A stretch of DNA of 64,000 nucleotides. Source: a virus. The notes below the pieces were generated by a model. It had not been told where the DNA came from. It did not search any database and was given only the letters and a program-made list of their open reading frames with translations. Position numbers and translations under genes: made by a program. Below are positions 26,376 through 35,175 of this stretch, one piece after another (within the stretch, counting starts at the first letter, position 1; each line of letters opens with the position of its first letter). The stretch lies in the IMG/VR virus record IMGVR_UViG_3300037307_000721; one strand, 5' to 3'.

Positions 26376-26536
26376 GGCGCTGGGGAGCCATCGGCATGTC
26401 TGCCCTGATGATGGTCTGGGCGGGCTTCAACCTGTGCGCGAGGCCCGGGCACAAGACGGCCTGGTACATCGCCGGCCTGGTCGTGGGCCTCGTCATCTTC
26501 CTCGTGGAGCTCACGATCAAGGCGGAGGACCGATGA
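26372..26536 (+). CDS. Small two-TM membrane protein
   Basis: Two hydrophobic segments; ATGA coupling. Confidence 0.65.
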   Translation: MRRWGAIGMSALMMVWAGFNLCARPGHKTAWYIAGLVVGLVIFLVELTIKAEDR

Positions 26537-26925
26537 ACACCTGGCGGGTCAAGCTCTTCTGCGTGTCCGAGGACGGCTCGCGCCGTCTCATGCACAAGGG
26601 CGTCTTCTACGCCGACACCGAGGCGGACGCACGCGAGTGCGCCACGGACGCCTGGTGGGACATGCGGCTGGAAGCGGCCGGCTGCTCACCGGACTTCGAG
26701 GTCCAGCCGGTCTGCGACAATGACGATCTCACCGTCTGCACGCGGTGCGGGGCGTGGATGGAGCGATCCACGGGCAGGCACTTCGTGATCGAGGACGGTG
26801 AGAGCCCGAAGCTGATCCAGTCCTGCGAAGGCGGGAACGACCACCCGCCCGAGGACATCTGCCCGTTCTGCCTCGCGACCAGGGACTACTGCGAGTGCGA
26901 GGAGATGGGAGGAGAGAACGCATGA
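26533..26925 (+). CDS. Hypothetical Cys-rich protein
   Basis: RBS GGAGG. Confidence 0.75.
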   Translation: MNTWRVKLFCVSEDGSRRLMHKGVFYADTEADARECATDAWWDMRLEAAGCSPDFEVQPVCDNDDLTVCTRCGAWMERSTGRHFVIEDGESPKLIQSCEGGNDHPPEDICPFCLATRDYCECEEMGGENA

Positions 26926-27191
26926 GCCAGCAGATCATCATCGCCTGGATGCAGAAGGGCGACAACGACAGCATCTTCACCCTGGGCTGGAACAACGGCC
27001 AGGGGCCGACGCGCGTCTACGACAAGGACCGCTACGACGCGCGCCTCGACATGGGCCGCGACCGCGACCGCGACGGCCCGCTGCCCTGCTTCGCGAACTA
27101 CCGCGAGGCCATGGCCTGGATGCTCGCCAACCGCGGCGAGCAGTGCCAGGTGACAGTGCCCGCGGCGATGCGGCTGGGGCTGGTGGCCTGA
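26922..27191 (+). CDS. Hypothetical protein
   Basis: RBS GGAGGAG. Confidence 0.75.
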   Translation: MSQQIIIAWMQKGDNDSIFTLGWNNGQGPTRVYDKDRYDARLDMGRDRDRDGPLPCFANYREAMAWMLANRGEQCQVTVPAAMRLGLVA

Positions 27192-27448
27192 TGCGCGCAG
27201 CCGAGATCATCGAGACCGTGATGCGCGCCCTGCCGTGCTGCGACCAGGTGCGCGGGCTGCACATCGTCCGGGACGAGGTGAAGGAGCACGAGGAGGACGC
27301 CCTCGTCCGCTTCACCTGGCGTGGCGATACGTTGAGCGTGAGCAGCGACCTTCGGGTGGAACAGGTGCAGGGGAGCATGTGCGCCACAAGCAACCTGGCC
27401 ATCCTCTTCGAGGCCCTGCTTCGCCGGGCATTCCTGAGCAAGGACTAG
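27191..27448 (+). CDS. Hypothetical protein
   Basis: TGATG coupling. Confidence 0.7.
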   Translation: MRAAEIIETVMRALPCCDQVRGLHIVRDEVKEHEEDALVRFTWRGDTLSVSSDLRVEQVQGSMCATSNLAILFEALLRRAFLSKD

Positions 27449-27452
27449 GGCG

Positions 27453-27905
27453 ATGCGCTTCCACGTCGTGAGTCGGGAGGAGGCCTGCCGGTGGAACCCG
27501 GTGGGCAAGCCGCACGTCATCATCTCGGTCACCTCGCCACCGGATCCGGAGGCGGAGGTCAAGCAGAACGAGCACACGCGCGGCGTGCTTCGTCTCGGCT
27601 TTCACGACTTGGACCAGGAGCCCGGGCCGATCTTCCGCAAGGTCTACGGCGAGCCGGTCATGTTCACCGAGGAGATGGCCAGGGCCATCGACTCGTTCGT
27701 GGCTCAGCATGCCGCGGACATCGAGACCGTGATCGTGCACTGCGACGCCGGACACTCTCGCTCGCCGGCCATCGCCGCGGCACTGGCGCATCGCTACAAC
27801 GAGCCGAGCGTGAACGACTGGTTCTTCAAGCATCGGACGCCAAACCGCTTCGTCTACCGCACGCTCCTCGAGGTGCTGATGGACGAGGGGACGAGGAAGT
27901 CATGA
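27453..27905 (+). CDS. Predicted protein-tyrosine/dual-specificity phosphatase
   Basis: HVIISVT, LRLGFHD (general-acid Asp), VIVHCDAGHSRSPAIA, PN-x2-VY. Confidence 0.88.
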   Translation: MRFHVVSREEACRWNPVGKPHVIISVTSPPDPEAEVKQNEHTRGVLRLGFHDLDQEPGPIFRKVYGEPVMFTEEMARAIDSFVAQHAADIETVIVHCDAGHSRSPAIAAALAHRYNEPSVNDWFFKHRTPNRFVYRTLLEVLMDEGTRKS

Positions 27906-27976
27906 AGGTTCGCATCGAGCAAGACGACAACCCGATGAACCCCCGCGAGGAGTTCGACAACCTGGAGATCTGTTGA
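27902..27976 (+). pseudogene. Stranded original 5' end of the 28538 gene
   Basis: MKVRIEQDDNPMNPREEFDNL matches KIVRDENPLNPREEFDHL; native RBS and ATGA coupling. Confidence 0.8.
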
Positions 27977-28620
27977 CCGATTCGGCAACTTGTGTAAGCC
28001 TTTGCACTAGGTTGTCGAACCGGAGGTCGGAAGTGAACAGGAAGACCAAGCGCGGAACGACCGCGACGCGCAATCGTGCGAAGGCGAAGGCTTGGCGCGA
28101 CGCCAATCCCGACAAGGTGCAAGCCTATGAAGAGCGTCGCGCAGAGAAAAAGCGGGCCTACACACGCGCTTGGAACGCTGCGCACAAAGAGCAGAGGCTC
28201 AGCTACTGGCGAGAGTACTATCGAACGCATCCTGAGCGGCGCGCGTACTACAACGAGCGCGGGAAGGCCAGGCGGCGACAACGCGAGCATGCACTGCGAT
28301 TGCGCGTGTTGGCCCATTACGGATCAGTCTGCGCCTGCTGCCAGGAGTCGACACTCGAGTTCCTGACAATCGATCACATCGAGGGCGGCGGTGTGCAGCA
28401 CAGGAAGGGCATACCCAGCGGGAACATCTACCGTTGGCTAGAAGCCAACGGTTACCCAGCAGGATTCCGCGTCCTGTGCATGAACTGCAACTGGGCCACG
28501 CGGTGGGAAGAGACCTGTCCGCACCAGAGAGACACAAGTGCCAAACGCCAAAATAGTCCGAGACGAAAACCCGTTGAATCCTCGTGAAGAGTTTGATCAT
28601 CTTGGGACAATGGTCTGCCT
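27965..28620 (+). mobile_element. HNH homing-endonuclease cassette 4 (HNH + replacement 5' gene end)
   Basis: Lower-GC segment between two versions of one N-terminus; boundaries approximate. Confidence 0.8.
28033..28587 (+). CDS. HNH endonuclease
   Basis: CACCQE..FLTIDHIEGGG...VLCMNCN; RBS GGAGG before GTG. Confidence 0.85.
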   Translation: MNRKTKRGTTATRNRAKAKAWRDANPDKVQAYEERRAEKKRAYTRAWNAAHKEQRLSYWREYYRTHPERRAYYNERGKARRRQREHALRLRVLAHYGSVCACCQESTLEFLTIDHIEGGGVQHRKGIPSGNIYRWLEANGYPAGFRVLCMNCNWATRWEETCPHQRDTSAKRQNSPRRKPVESS

Positions 28621-29080
28621 GCACAAGCGGTACGAGCTGGGCGACGAGCACACCATCAAGGCCGACGACTTCATCTGCTGGGAGTCCATCGAGAAGCACC
28701 TGCGCGAGAAGCTCGGAGCCGTCGTGGTGCTACCGCTCTACCTGTTCGACCACAGCGGCATCACCATGAGCACCGACTCGTCCGGGTTCCGCGCGGCCGA
28801 TTCCGCCGGCTGGGACTGGGGCCAGGTCGGCTTCATCTACGCCACCCGGGAGGCCGTGCTCGCGAACTTCATGAAGAAGCGCCTCAGCAAGGCCATGCTC
28901 GAGCAGACCGCGGCCGTGCTGGTATCCGAGGTGGAGGTCTACGACCAGTACCTCCAGGGCGACGTGTGGGGCTACATCATCGAGGACGACGCGGGCAACG
29001 TGGTCGACTCCTGCTGGGGATTCTTCGGAGAGCAGTACGCCAAGGAGGAGGCTGCGCTCGCACTACAGGGCGCCGGCTGA
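28538..29080 (+). CDS. Conserved mobile-element protein (NPRE.FD.LG...DHSGI...GQVGFIY...DSCWGFFG) with recoded 5' end
   Basis: GTG start inside HNH 3' end. Confidence 0.8.
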   Translation: MPNAKIVRDENPLNPREEFDHLGTMVCLHKRYELGDEHTIKADDFICWESIEKHLREKLGAVVVLPLYLFDHSGITMSTDSSGFRAADSAGWDWGQVGFIYATREAVLANFMKKRLSKAMLEQTAAVLVSEVEVYDQYLQGDVWGYIIEDDAGNVVDSCWGFFGEQYAKEEAALALQGAG

Positions 29081-29110
29081 CAGCGGCGCGGCGTCCACAG
29101 GAGGTGGGAC

Positions 29111-29347
29111 ATGGGCGACGAGAGGGAGAGGATCCTGTCATGGGGCCGCAAGCTGTTTCCGTGCGTGACCAGGGCCGAGCCGTGGGAGAAGGGCTGCGCG
29201 CCGCCCAGAGCGACACGTGGCTGCCGGGCGTACCGGCTCTTCACCGACGACTTCAACTGCATGGCCGTGGCGTTCATCGACCCGTGGAACCTGATGCCCT
29301 GGTTCCAGCCGACGGGCGCCACGGAGATGCCGAGACCGCAAGGCTGA
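29111..29347 (+). CDS. Hypothetical protein
   Basis: RBS GGAGGT. Confidence 0.65.
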   Translation: MGDERERILSWGRKLFPCVTRAEPWEKGCAPPRATRGCRAYRLFTDDFNCMAVAFIDPWNLMPWFQPTGATEMPRPQG

Positions 29348-29352
29348 GACCG

Positions 29353-29628
29353 ATGGCGAAGAAGGACGTCGTGCAGGTTCCGATCACGTGCTGCAACCAG
29401 TGCCGGCACTGCAAGCAGGAGAAGTACTACACCGCGGACTCGTACGAGGACGTCACCGCCTGGAACTGCACGCACCCGGACCTAGGGGGCGCGAAGAACC
29501 CGACGTCCTCAGCTCGGGGCTCTTGGGTCTCACCGCCTGGGATCGGCAGACTGGACTGGAACGATCCGAAGCCAGCCATCCCGAGCTGGTGCCCGTTCCG
29601 CAAGAAGAGCAGGAGCAAGAAGTCATGA
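29353..29628 (+). CDS. Small Cys-rich protein
   Basis: CCNQCRHC...C...WCP. Confidence 0.7.
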   Translation: MAKKDVVQVPITCCNQCRHCKQEKYYTADSYEDVTAWNCTHPDLGGAKNPTSSARGSWVSPPGIGRLDWNDPKPAIPSWCPFRKKSRSKKS

Positions 29629-30311
29629 CCATCTGGTTCACAGCCGACACGCACTTCGGCCACAAGAACATCTGCGAGCTGGCGCAGCGCCCGTTCCGGT
29701 CCGCCGAGGAGCACGACGCGGTGCTCATCAGCAACTGGAACGAGCTCGTGCAGCCGCAGGACACGGTCTACCACCTGGGCGACTTCGCCCTGGCCAAGCG
29801 CGACTACATGCTCGAGGTGCGACGCAAGCTCCATGGCGACATCTGCATCCTGCTCGGCAACCACGACTCGGAGATCGAGAAGCCGGCCGTGCGCGACCAG
29901 TTCCACTTCGTCAAGGACCTCTACTTCTTCAAGCAGAAGGTGGAGGGACGCGAGGACAAGGTGCGCATCCACCTGTGCCACTACCCGATGGTGCACTGGT
30001 GCGAGTCGCACCATGGCACCTGGCACCTGCACGGGCACTGCCACGGCGAGCTGCCGGACGACCCGACGCTGCTCCGAATCGACATCGGCGTGGACTGCAA
30101 CGGCTTCCAGCCAGTCAGGCTCGAGAACGTCATCGCCATCATGGAGAACCGGATCCTGAAGGGAGCCGGGCCGCAGCGCCGGCACGCCCCCAAGTGCGTA
30201 CGTTGCGGCAGCCCGCTGGACGCTGGGCGCTGCACCGACAGCACGTGCCCCTTCTCGGACTGCGCACAAGACGACCAGCGCGGCTGGGTCGGGCACCCGG
30301 ACAAGCCATGA
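29625..30311 (+). CDS. Calcineurin-like metallophosphoesterase
   Basis: ADTHFGH, LGDF, GNHD, CHYP, HGHCH motifs. Confidence 0.92.
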   Translation: MTIWFTADTHFGHKNICELAQRPFRSAEEHDAVLISNWNELVQPQDTVYHLGDFALAKRDYMLEVRRKLHGDICILLGNHDSEIEKPAVRDQFHFVKDLYFFKQKVEGREDKVRIHLCHYPMVHWCESHHGTWHLHGHCHGELPDDPTLLRIDIGVDCNGFQPVRLENVIAIMENRILKGAGPQRRHAPKCVRCGSPLDAGRCTDSTCPFSDCAQDDQRGWVGHPDKP

Positions 30312-30514
30312 CCGGCCATGTGGTCAAGACCGACGACGACGGCTTCGTCGTCGAGCTCTGGGAAGGCGACCGCAAGGTCTCGCTCTACTCGGACGGGCAC
30401 ATACTCTACGTGTCCGAGGAGGGCATCACCGACAAGGAAGATGCCTCGGCGAAGGACATGGCCGAGGCGCTTCGCTGGCTGCTGGAACCCAGCAGAGAGA
30501 GGAACAAACCATGA
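30308..30514 (+). CDS. Hypothetical protein
   Basis: ATGA coupling. Confidence 0.7.
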   Translation: MTGHVVKTDDDGFVVELWEGDRKVSLYSDGHILYVSEEGITDKEDASAKDMAEALRWLLEPSRERNKP

Positions 30515-32055
30515 TGCCCCAGCTCAGCCAGGACGAGCTCAAGCACTACAAGGCGACGCGCGAGACGCTGCCCGCGCACCAGACGACCTACCACCGGTCG
30601 GAGACGACCAAGGCGCACCTGACCACCCTGCGCAAGCTCTGGCGCAAGGGCAAGGCCTTCTTCGTGACCGGCGTGGTGAACGCGCCCTACGACGGGTGCT
30701 TCCACGAGCCGAACATCTGGCTCGTCACGCCGCCCGGATGCGAGGAGTACGAGAGCCTGAACGCGCAGTGGCCGACCGAGTACCCGGCCGGACGCGCGGC
30801 GCCGATGAAGGACCAGCAGGAGCGCGAGGGCGAGCTTCACTCCGCGGCCTGGCGCCTGCAGTACGACGCCTGCACGGCGCTGCGCGAGATGGTCGAGCGG
30901 GCCGAGTCCGTGGGCATGGGCGAGGCGCATCCGATCCGCGTGCTTCTCGAGAAGCTCATCGCCGCCCGGATGGACGACCAGTTCTGCTCGCTTCTCTCGG
31001 ACGAGCTGTGGTCGCTGCACGCCGCGCTCCTCGAGCTCGGGCCCGAGGCCGAGCAGCTCGAGCTTTTCGCGGGCTTCCAGCTCGTGCTCGACCTGCAGCC
31101 GCTCATCGCCGAGGCGCACAAGGCGCTCAAGCGCCAGCGCGCGGCGCTCGAGAAGAAGTACCCGGCGCTGCCGCGGCGGCCGGACTCCGTCGTCTGGCCG
31201 CTCTACGCATCCGGCCAGGGCGTCGCCGTCGACGTCATCCAGAGCTTCTCCGAGCTCGTCGACTGGCTCGCCGGGGACGGGTTGCCCAAGGACCGCGAGT
31301 CCAGGCACACCAAGTCCTGGTCGCACTGGGGCACGTTCGATTCGTTCGAGGTGCATCCCTGGGGGCCGGTCTCCGAGTTCCCGCCGATCGAGCACTACTG
31401 GGGCCACGCGATCCAGGTGGCGCAGGAGAAGTACGAGCTCGACCTGCCCTGGCTCTGCGCCAAGTGCGGGCACGAGGTCAAGGGCAAGGACGAGTCGGAC
31501 TGCGCCCCGCACTACACCGGCTACCGGGGCAACGGCGGCATCGGCGTCTTCATGGAGGGCGGCCTGTGCGACGAGTGCTTCGACGCTGGCTGCTGCGACG
31601 CCTGCCGCAACCACGGCGGCGAGGACCACGACATCTACGACCCGGAGGTCGCCGACTGCGGTGCCTCACTCTGCGAGTGGCACACCGAGGCGCTGCTCAA
31701 GGACGCGCTCTTCGGCACGGAGGAAGCCATCGACCTCATCGAGTCGATGGACCGCACCGAGTGCCTGGACCTCGAGCTGATCTCGACCTGCCCCAGCCAG
31801 CCCGTGCTGCCCGGGGTCGAGATGGAGCCGATCGTCCGGTTCGTGCTCTGCCGCCGAGTCGATCTCGAGGGACCGCCCGACGAGTACGGTCCGAACTGGA
31901 CGTCCCGGCCGATCGAGGGCCTGACCTTCGAGGAGGACCTCATCGAAGAGCGCGCCAGCGACATGGATCTCGAGGGCGTCGCGCGCAACTCCCGCTGGCC
32001 GCGTGGCCTGACCCTGCTCGCCGGGCACGTCAGCCGCGTCATCAAGGAGGCCTAG
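30511..32055 (+). CDS. Large multi-domain hypothetical protein with Cys-rich segment
   Basis: RBS GAGG, strong codon bias. Confidence 0.85.
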   Translation: MMPQLSQDELKHYKATRETLPAHQTTYHRSETTKAHLTTLRKLWRKGKAFFVTGVVNAPYDGCFHEPNIWLVTPPGCEEYESLNAQWPTEYPAGRAAPMKDQQEREGELHSAAWRLQYDACTALREMVERAESVGMGEAHPIRVLLEKLIAARMDDQFCSLLSDELWSLHAALLELGPEAEQLELFAGFQLVLDLQPLIAEAHKALKRQRAALEKKYPALPRRPDSVVWPLYASGQGVAVDVIQSFSELVDWLAGDGLPKDRESRHTKSWSHWGTFDSFEVHPWGPVSEFPPIEHYWGHAIQVAQEKYELDLPWLCAKCGHEVKGKDESDCAPHYTGYRGNGGIGVFMEGGLCDECFDAGCCDACRNHGGEDHDIYDPEVADCGASLCEWHTEALLKDALFGTEEAIDLIESMDRTECLDLELISTCPSQPVLPGVEMEPIVRFVLCRRVDLEGPPDEYGPNWTSRPIEGLTFEEDLIEERASDMDLEGVARNSRWPRGLTLLAGHVSRVIKEA

Positions 32056-32056
32056 G

Positions 32057-32392
32057 ATGGCACCGACCCTGATCGAGCAGGGCGCGAAGATGATGCTCAA
32101 GAACCGGACGGAGCGCATGCTCCACCTGCTCGAGCTCGACGCGCCGGACCTCATCCTGTGCGAGGAGGCCGCCATGATCTTCAAGGCGGCCTGCTCGCTC
32201 AGCCCGGAGCTTGCCGGCGCGGCCATGGCCAAGTCGCTGCGCGAGCGGCACGCCCGGGAGAAGCAGATCTGCCTGAACTGCTTCGACGCCCAGATCCACG
32301 CGGACATGACCGAGATCTGCGACGAGTGCAACGAGCAGATCCGCGCCGAACAGGAAGAGAACGACGACGGCTACGGAGACGTCGACAACTAG
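32057..32392 (+). CDS. Hypothetical protein, C-terminal CxxC...CxxC
   Basis: RBS GGAGG. Confidence 0.75.
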   Translation: MAPTLIEQGAKMMLKNRTERMLHLLELDAPDLILCEEAAMIFKAACSLSPELAGAAMAKSLRERHAREKQICLNCFDAQIHADMTEICDECNEQIRAEQEENDDGYGDVDN

Positions 32393-32393
32393 C

Positions 32394-32666
32394 ATGTTCG
32401 TCTTCGAGACCACGTGCGTGCACTCGACCTACGAGCTCATCAGCTCGATGGTCGATGGCGCCAAACAAATCACGTACCGGACGATGCTCAAGCACTGTCC
32501 GGACATGCTCGAGTTCGCCGATGGGCTTGGCTATCGCAGGCGCGCTCCGGAGCTCACGCTCAAGCGGGACTGGGCGGTGAGCTACTGGAAAAGCACCTAC
32601 GGCGGCCGGCCCTGCTACTACTTCTGCTGGTCGGGCATCGAGCACATCTGGGTGAAAGCGGACTGA
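32394..32666 (+). CDS. Hypothetical phage protein (VSYWKSTY.GRPCYY..WSGIEHIW)
   Basis: Codon bias. Confidence 0.75.
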   Translation: MFVFETTCVHSTYELISSMVDGAKQITYRTMLKHCPDMLEFADGLGYRRRAPELTLKRDWAVSYWKSTYGGRPCYYFCWSGIEHIWVKAD

Positions 32667-32669
32667 CCC

Positions 32670-33248
32670 ATGGCCACGATGTCCATCAAGCAGCTCAAGG
32701 AGCGCGCGGTCGCGCTCTGGAGCAAGACCACGAAGGCCTTCTGCTGCACCCGGCCGCGCATCGACACCGACTACGACATCAGCCGGGACGAGATCATCGG
32801 CACGTGCCGGAGCTGCCGGAAGCAGGTCTTTCGCCTGCGCTCCGAGGAGATCGTCGCGCAGACCCCGGAGTCCGCCCGCAGCGACAAGGAGCGTTCGCGG
32901 GCTCGGCGCGGCGACCCGGTCGTGCGCGCTGCGCAGAAGCGCCTCGGCGTGCCCGCCGATGGCATCGTGGGACCGCAGACGCTCAAGAAGATCCAGGCCG
33001 AGGTGGCCGAGCGCGACCGCATCATTCGGGAGCGCGCTGAGAATCCCAAGCTCCAGAAGCGCTCGAAGCAGCTCGCCGAGATGGTGAGCACGGGCGTGCT
33101 CACGATGGACCAAGCCCGGGCGCTCTACGAGGACGAGGCCAAGAACGTGATGGGGCCACCTCGCGAGGAGCCCAAGAAGGCCAAAAAGCCGGACGCCGCG
33201 ACCACGGCGATCGACACCAACCGATTCGCCAACCTGGAGGATGACTGA
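32670..33248 (+). CDS. Mosaic protein with Zn motif and peptidoglycan-binding-like segment
   Basis: VRAAQKRLGVPADGIVGPQTLKKI resembles PG_binding_1. Confidence 0.7.
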   Translation: MATMSIKQLKERAVALWSKTTKAFCCTRPRIDTDYDISRDEIIGTCRSCRKQVFRLRSEEIVAQTPESARSDKERSRARRGDPVVRAAQKRLGVPADGIVGPQTLKKIQAEVAERDRIIRERAENPKLQKRSKQLAEMVSTGVLTMDQARALYEDEAKNVMGPPREEPKKAKKPDAATTAIDTNRFANLEDD

Positions 33249-33477
33249 CATGGACGAGCTCTGGGAGCGCAACGACATCCAGTTCGTCCGGTTGCTGGCC
33301 GAGATCCGAGCCGTCGGGCTGACCAGCGAGCAGCTCAAGGACCTGCGAGCCAGCATGGACTGCACCACGGACGAGATCTGCGACATCCTCGAAAGAGCCG
33401 AGGACATCTTCGAGGGCGTCAAGGAGCACGCGCCGGAGGTGCTCCCGACCTGCTACGTCTGCGGAGGTGGGCGATGA
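33241..33477 (+). CDS. Hypothetical phage protein (W..NDIQF.RLLAEI)
   Basis: RBS GGAGG. Confidence 0.75.
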   Translation: MTDMDELWERNDIQFVRLLAEIRAVGLTSEQLKDLRASMDCTTDEICDILERAEDIFEGVKEHAPEVLPTCYVCGGGR

Positions 33478-33788
33478 AGGACGAGCATCCGATGGTGACC
33501 TTCACCAAGAGCCTGGAGGCCCTGGCCGAGAACACCGTGGAGATCATGGTGCGCAAGGTGGGCGAGGCCGAGCTGCGCAACCTGCAGCGTGAGGAGCACG
33601 ATGCCTGGCGCAAGCTCTGCTTCATGCTCAAGACCCGCGGCGTCGTCACCGAGGTGGACCTGAACTCTCCGGTCGGACAGTGCCTGAGCCCCAGGTCGCC
33701 CGGCCAGGACCTGCTGAACGCCATCCGTGGCTGGTGCGAGCTCCGCGTGGACCTCGAGAAGGCCGCGCTCGGAAGGGTGCGCAAGTGA
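33474..33788 (+). CDS. Hypothetical protein
   Basis: RBS GGAGGT. Confidence 0.75.
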   Translation: MKDEHPMVTFTKSLEALAENTVEIMVRKVGEAELRNLQREEHDAWRKLCFMLKTRGVVTEVDLNSPVGQCLSPRSPGQDLLNAIRGWCELRVDLEKAALGRVRK

Positions 33789-34261
33789 AGGACAAGCTCA
33801 ACCACAACGTGCGGCCGCGCTACACCTGCGGCTCGCCCGCTGCAGTCAGCCAGTTCGTGGCCGACACCGTGGCAATCGAGGAGAAGCGCGGCTACGAGCG
33901 CGCGCTCACCGGCATTTTCGGCGAGGACGAGCAGCGCAAGGCCAAGCGCCTGGGCCTTCGGGGCATCGTCGAGAAGGTGCTCGGCGAGAAGAAGCGCGAC
34001 AAGCGACCCGGTCTGATGGTCTATGACCTCCTGACCGGCGAGACCTACTGGCGTCCGCTTCGGGACGGCCGCGGCAATCCGCGCGAACCGGACCCGGACG
34101 TGCACCACGACCACCACATCGACGAGGACACGATCCGCTTCACGACCTCCGGGGCCGGCGCGGACTACGTGCGCATCCTCGCCGAGTGCATCAAGTGCGG
34201 AGCGACCGGCAAGTCCGCACCGATCCAGCTCCACTTCGAGGAAGAGGAGTGCGACGGATGA
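33785..34261 (+). CDS. Hypothetical protein
   Basis: GTGA coupling. Confidence 0.7.
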   Translation: MKDKLNHNVRPRYTCGSPAAVSQFVADTVAIEEKRGYERALTGIFGEDEQRKAKRLGLRGIVEKVLGEKKRDKRPGLMVYDLLTGETYWRPLRDGRGNPREPDPDVHHDHHIDEDTIRFTTSGAGADYVRILAECIKCGATGKSAPIQLHFEEEECDG

Positions 34262-34461
34262 AGGTTCGCATCGAGATCGACATGGAGAACGACGCCTTTC
34301 GGCCACCCGGTCGGATGCGCGAGCTGAAGCGCGTCATGGACACGGCGCGCGAGCACGTGGCCGAGCTCTGGCTGCAGGTCAAGGGCCGGAAGGTCGGAGC
34401 CGACAAGAAGCTCATGGACATCAACGGCAACTCCGTGGGCTTCGTGTCGGTCGAGCCATGA
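34258..34461 (+). CDS. Small phage protein (IEIDMENDAF...DINGNSVG)
   Basis: RBS GAGGAG. Confidence 0.75.
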   Translation: MKVRIEIDMENDAFRPPGRMRELKRVMDTAREHVAELWLQVKGRKVGADKKLMDINGNSVGFVSVEP

Positions 34462-34667
34462 ACCTCTACCTGGAAGCGCGGCCGGGCGAGTACGAGCGCA
34501 AGCTCAAGCCCGGCGAGCTCGTCCGAGCCGGCGACGTCATGGTCTACAACCACGGGCAGAGCCGTGTCCTGGTTCGTCGCTGCAAGTACGACCCGGGCTG
34601 CTGCGTGGACCACGTCGTCACGTCGAGCGAGGACTTCCGGAGAATCGAAAAGGATCCGCAACCATGA
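34458..34667 (+). CDS. Hypothetical protein
   Basis: ATGA coupling. Confidence 0.65.
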   Translation: MNLYLEARPGEYERKLKPGELVRAGDVMVYNHGQSRVLVRRCKYDPGCCVDHVVTSSEDFRRIEKDPQP

Positions 34668-34939
34668 AGCGTTGGAAGACGTCGCTGCTCATGCCCGCGC
34701 GCCGCGTGCCGGAGGTCGCAAGGTGTCTCGCCGCCCGCGCGGAAGACATCGCGTGCAAGTACCAACAGGCGCACTCACAGGACTTCGAGATTGAGATCGT
34801 GCAAGTGGTGCGCCGTCCACGCAGCGTGCTCGTCGCCGTCGAGAGCCAGCAGGACATCGCGGTGAACCTGGTGTCAGACGCCATCATGGCGTGCCTGCCG
34901 GACGACTGCCACGACGTGAAGGTCCCCTACTGGAGCTGA
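34664..34939 (+). CDS. Hypothetical protein
   Basis: RBS AAGGA. Confidence 0.65.
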   Translation: MKRWKTSLLMPARRVPEVARCLAARAEDIACKYQQAHSQDFEIEIVQVVRRPRSVLVAVESQQDIAVNLVSDAIMACLPDDCHDVKVPYWS

Positions 34940-34941
34940 CC

Positions 34942-35175
34942 ATGAGTCTGCCACTCGAGATCGTCCAGTCGCAGATCGAGAAGCACGCGGTCACGACCGT
35001 GACGCTGAACTACTACCCGGGCGCGCACTGGGACATCGAGGTCAAGACCATCGACGGGAAGGTCGTGCGCCTCGAGCCGGAGCGCCACTGGGGCCTGCTC
35101 TTCTCGCGAGCGCTCAACGCTCTCGACACGATGCCCAGTCCGAACCTGGAGAACCTGAGAGCGCCCAAGCCATGA
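34942..35175 (+). CDS. Hypothetical protein
   Basis: RBS GGAG. Confidence 0.7.
   Translation: MSLPLEIVQSQIEKHAVTTVTLNYYPGAHWDIEVKTIDGKVVRLEPERHWGLLFSRALNALDTMPSPNLENLRAPKP

Noticed and set aside
26400-26415. CTGATGA hammerhead core
   Set aside because: Lies within a coding TM segment with no flanking stems or GAAA.
27960-28620. Group I intron interpretation of the HNH insertions
   Set aside because: No P7-type core was recognised, and a spliced intron would not need a duplicated, recoded gene end. Only RT-PCR can fully exclude it.
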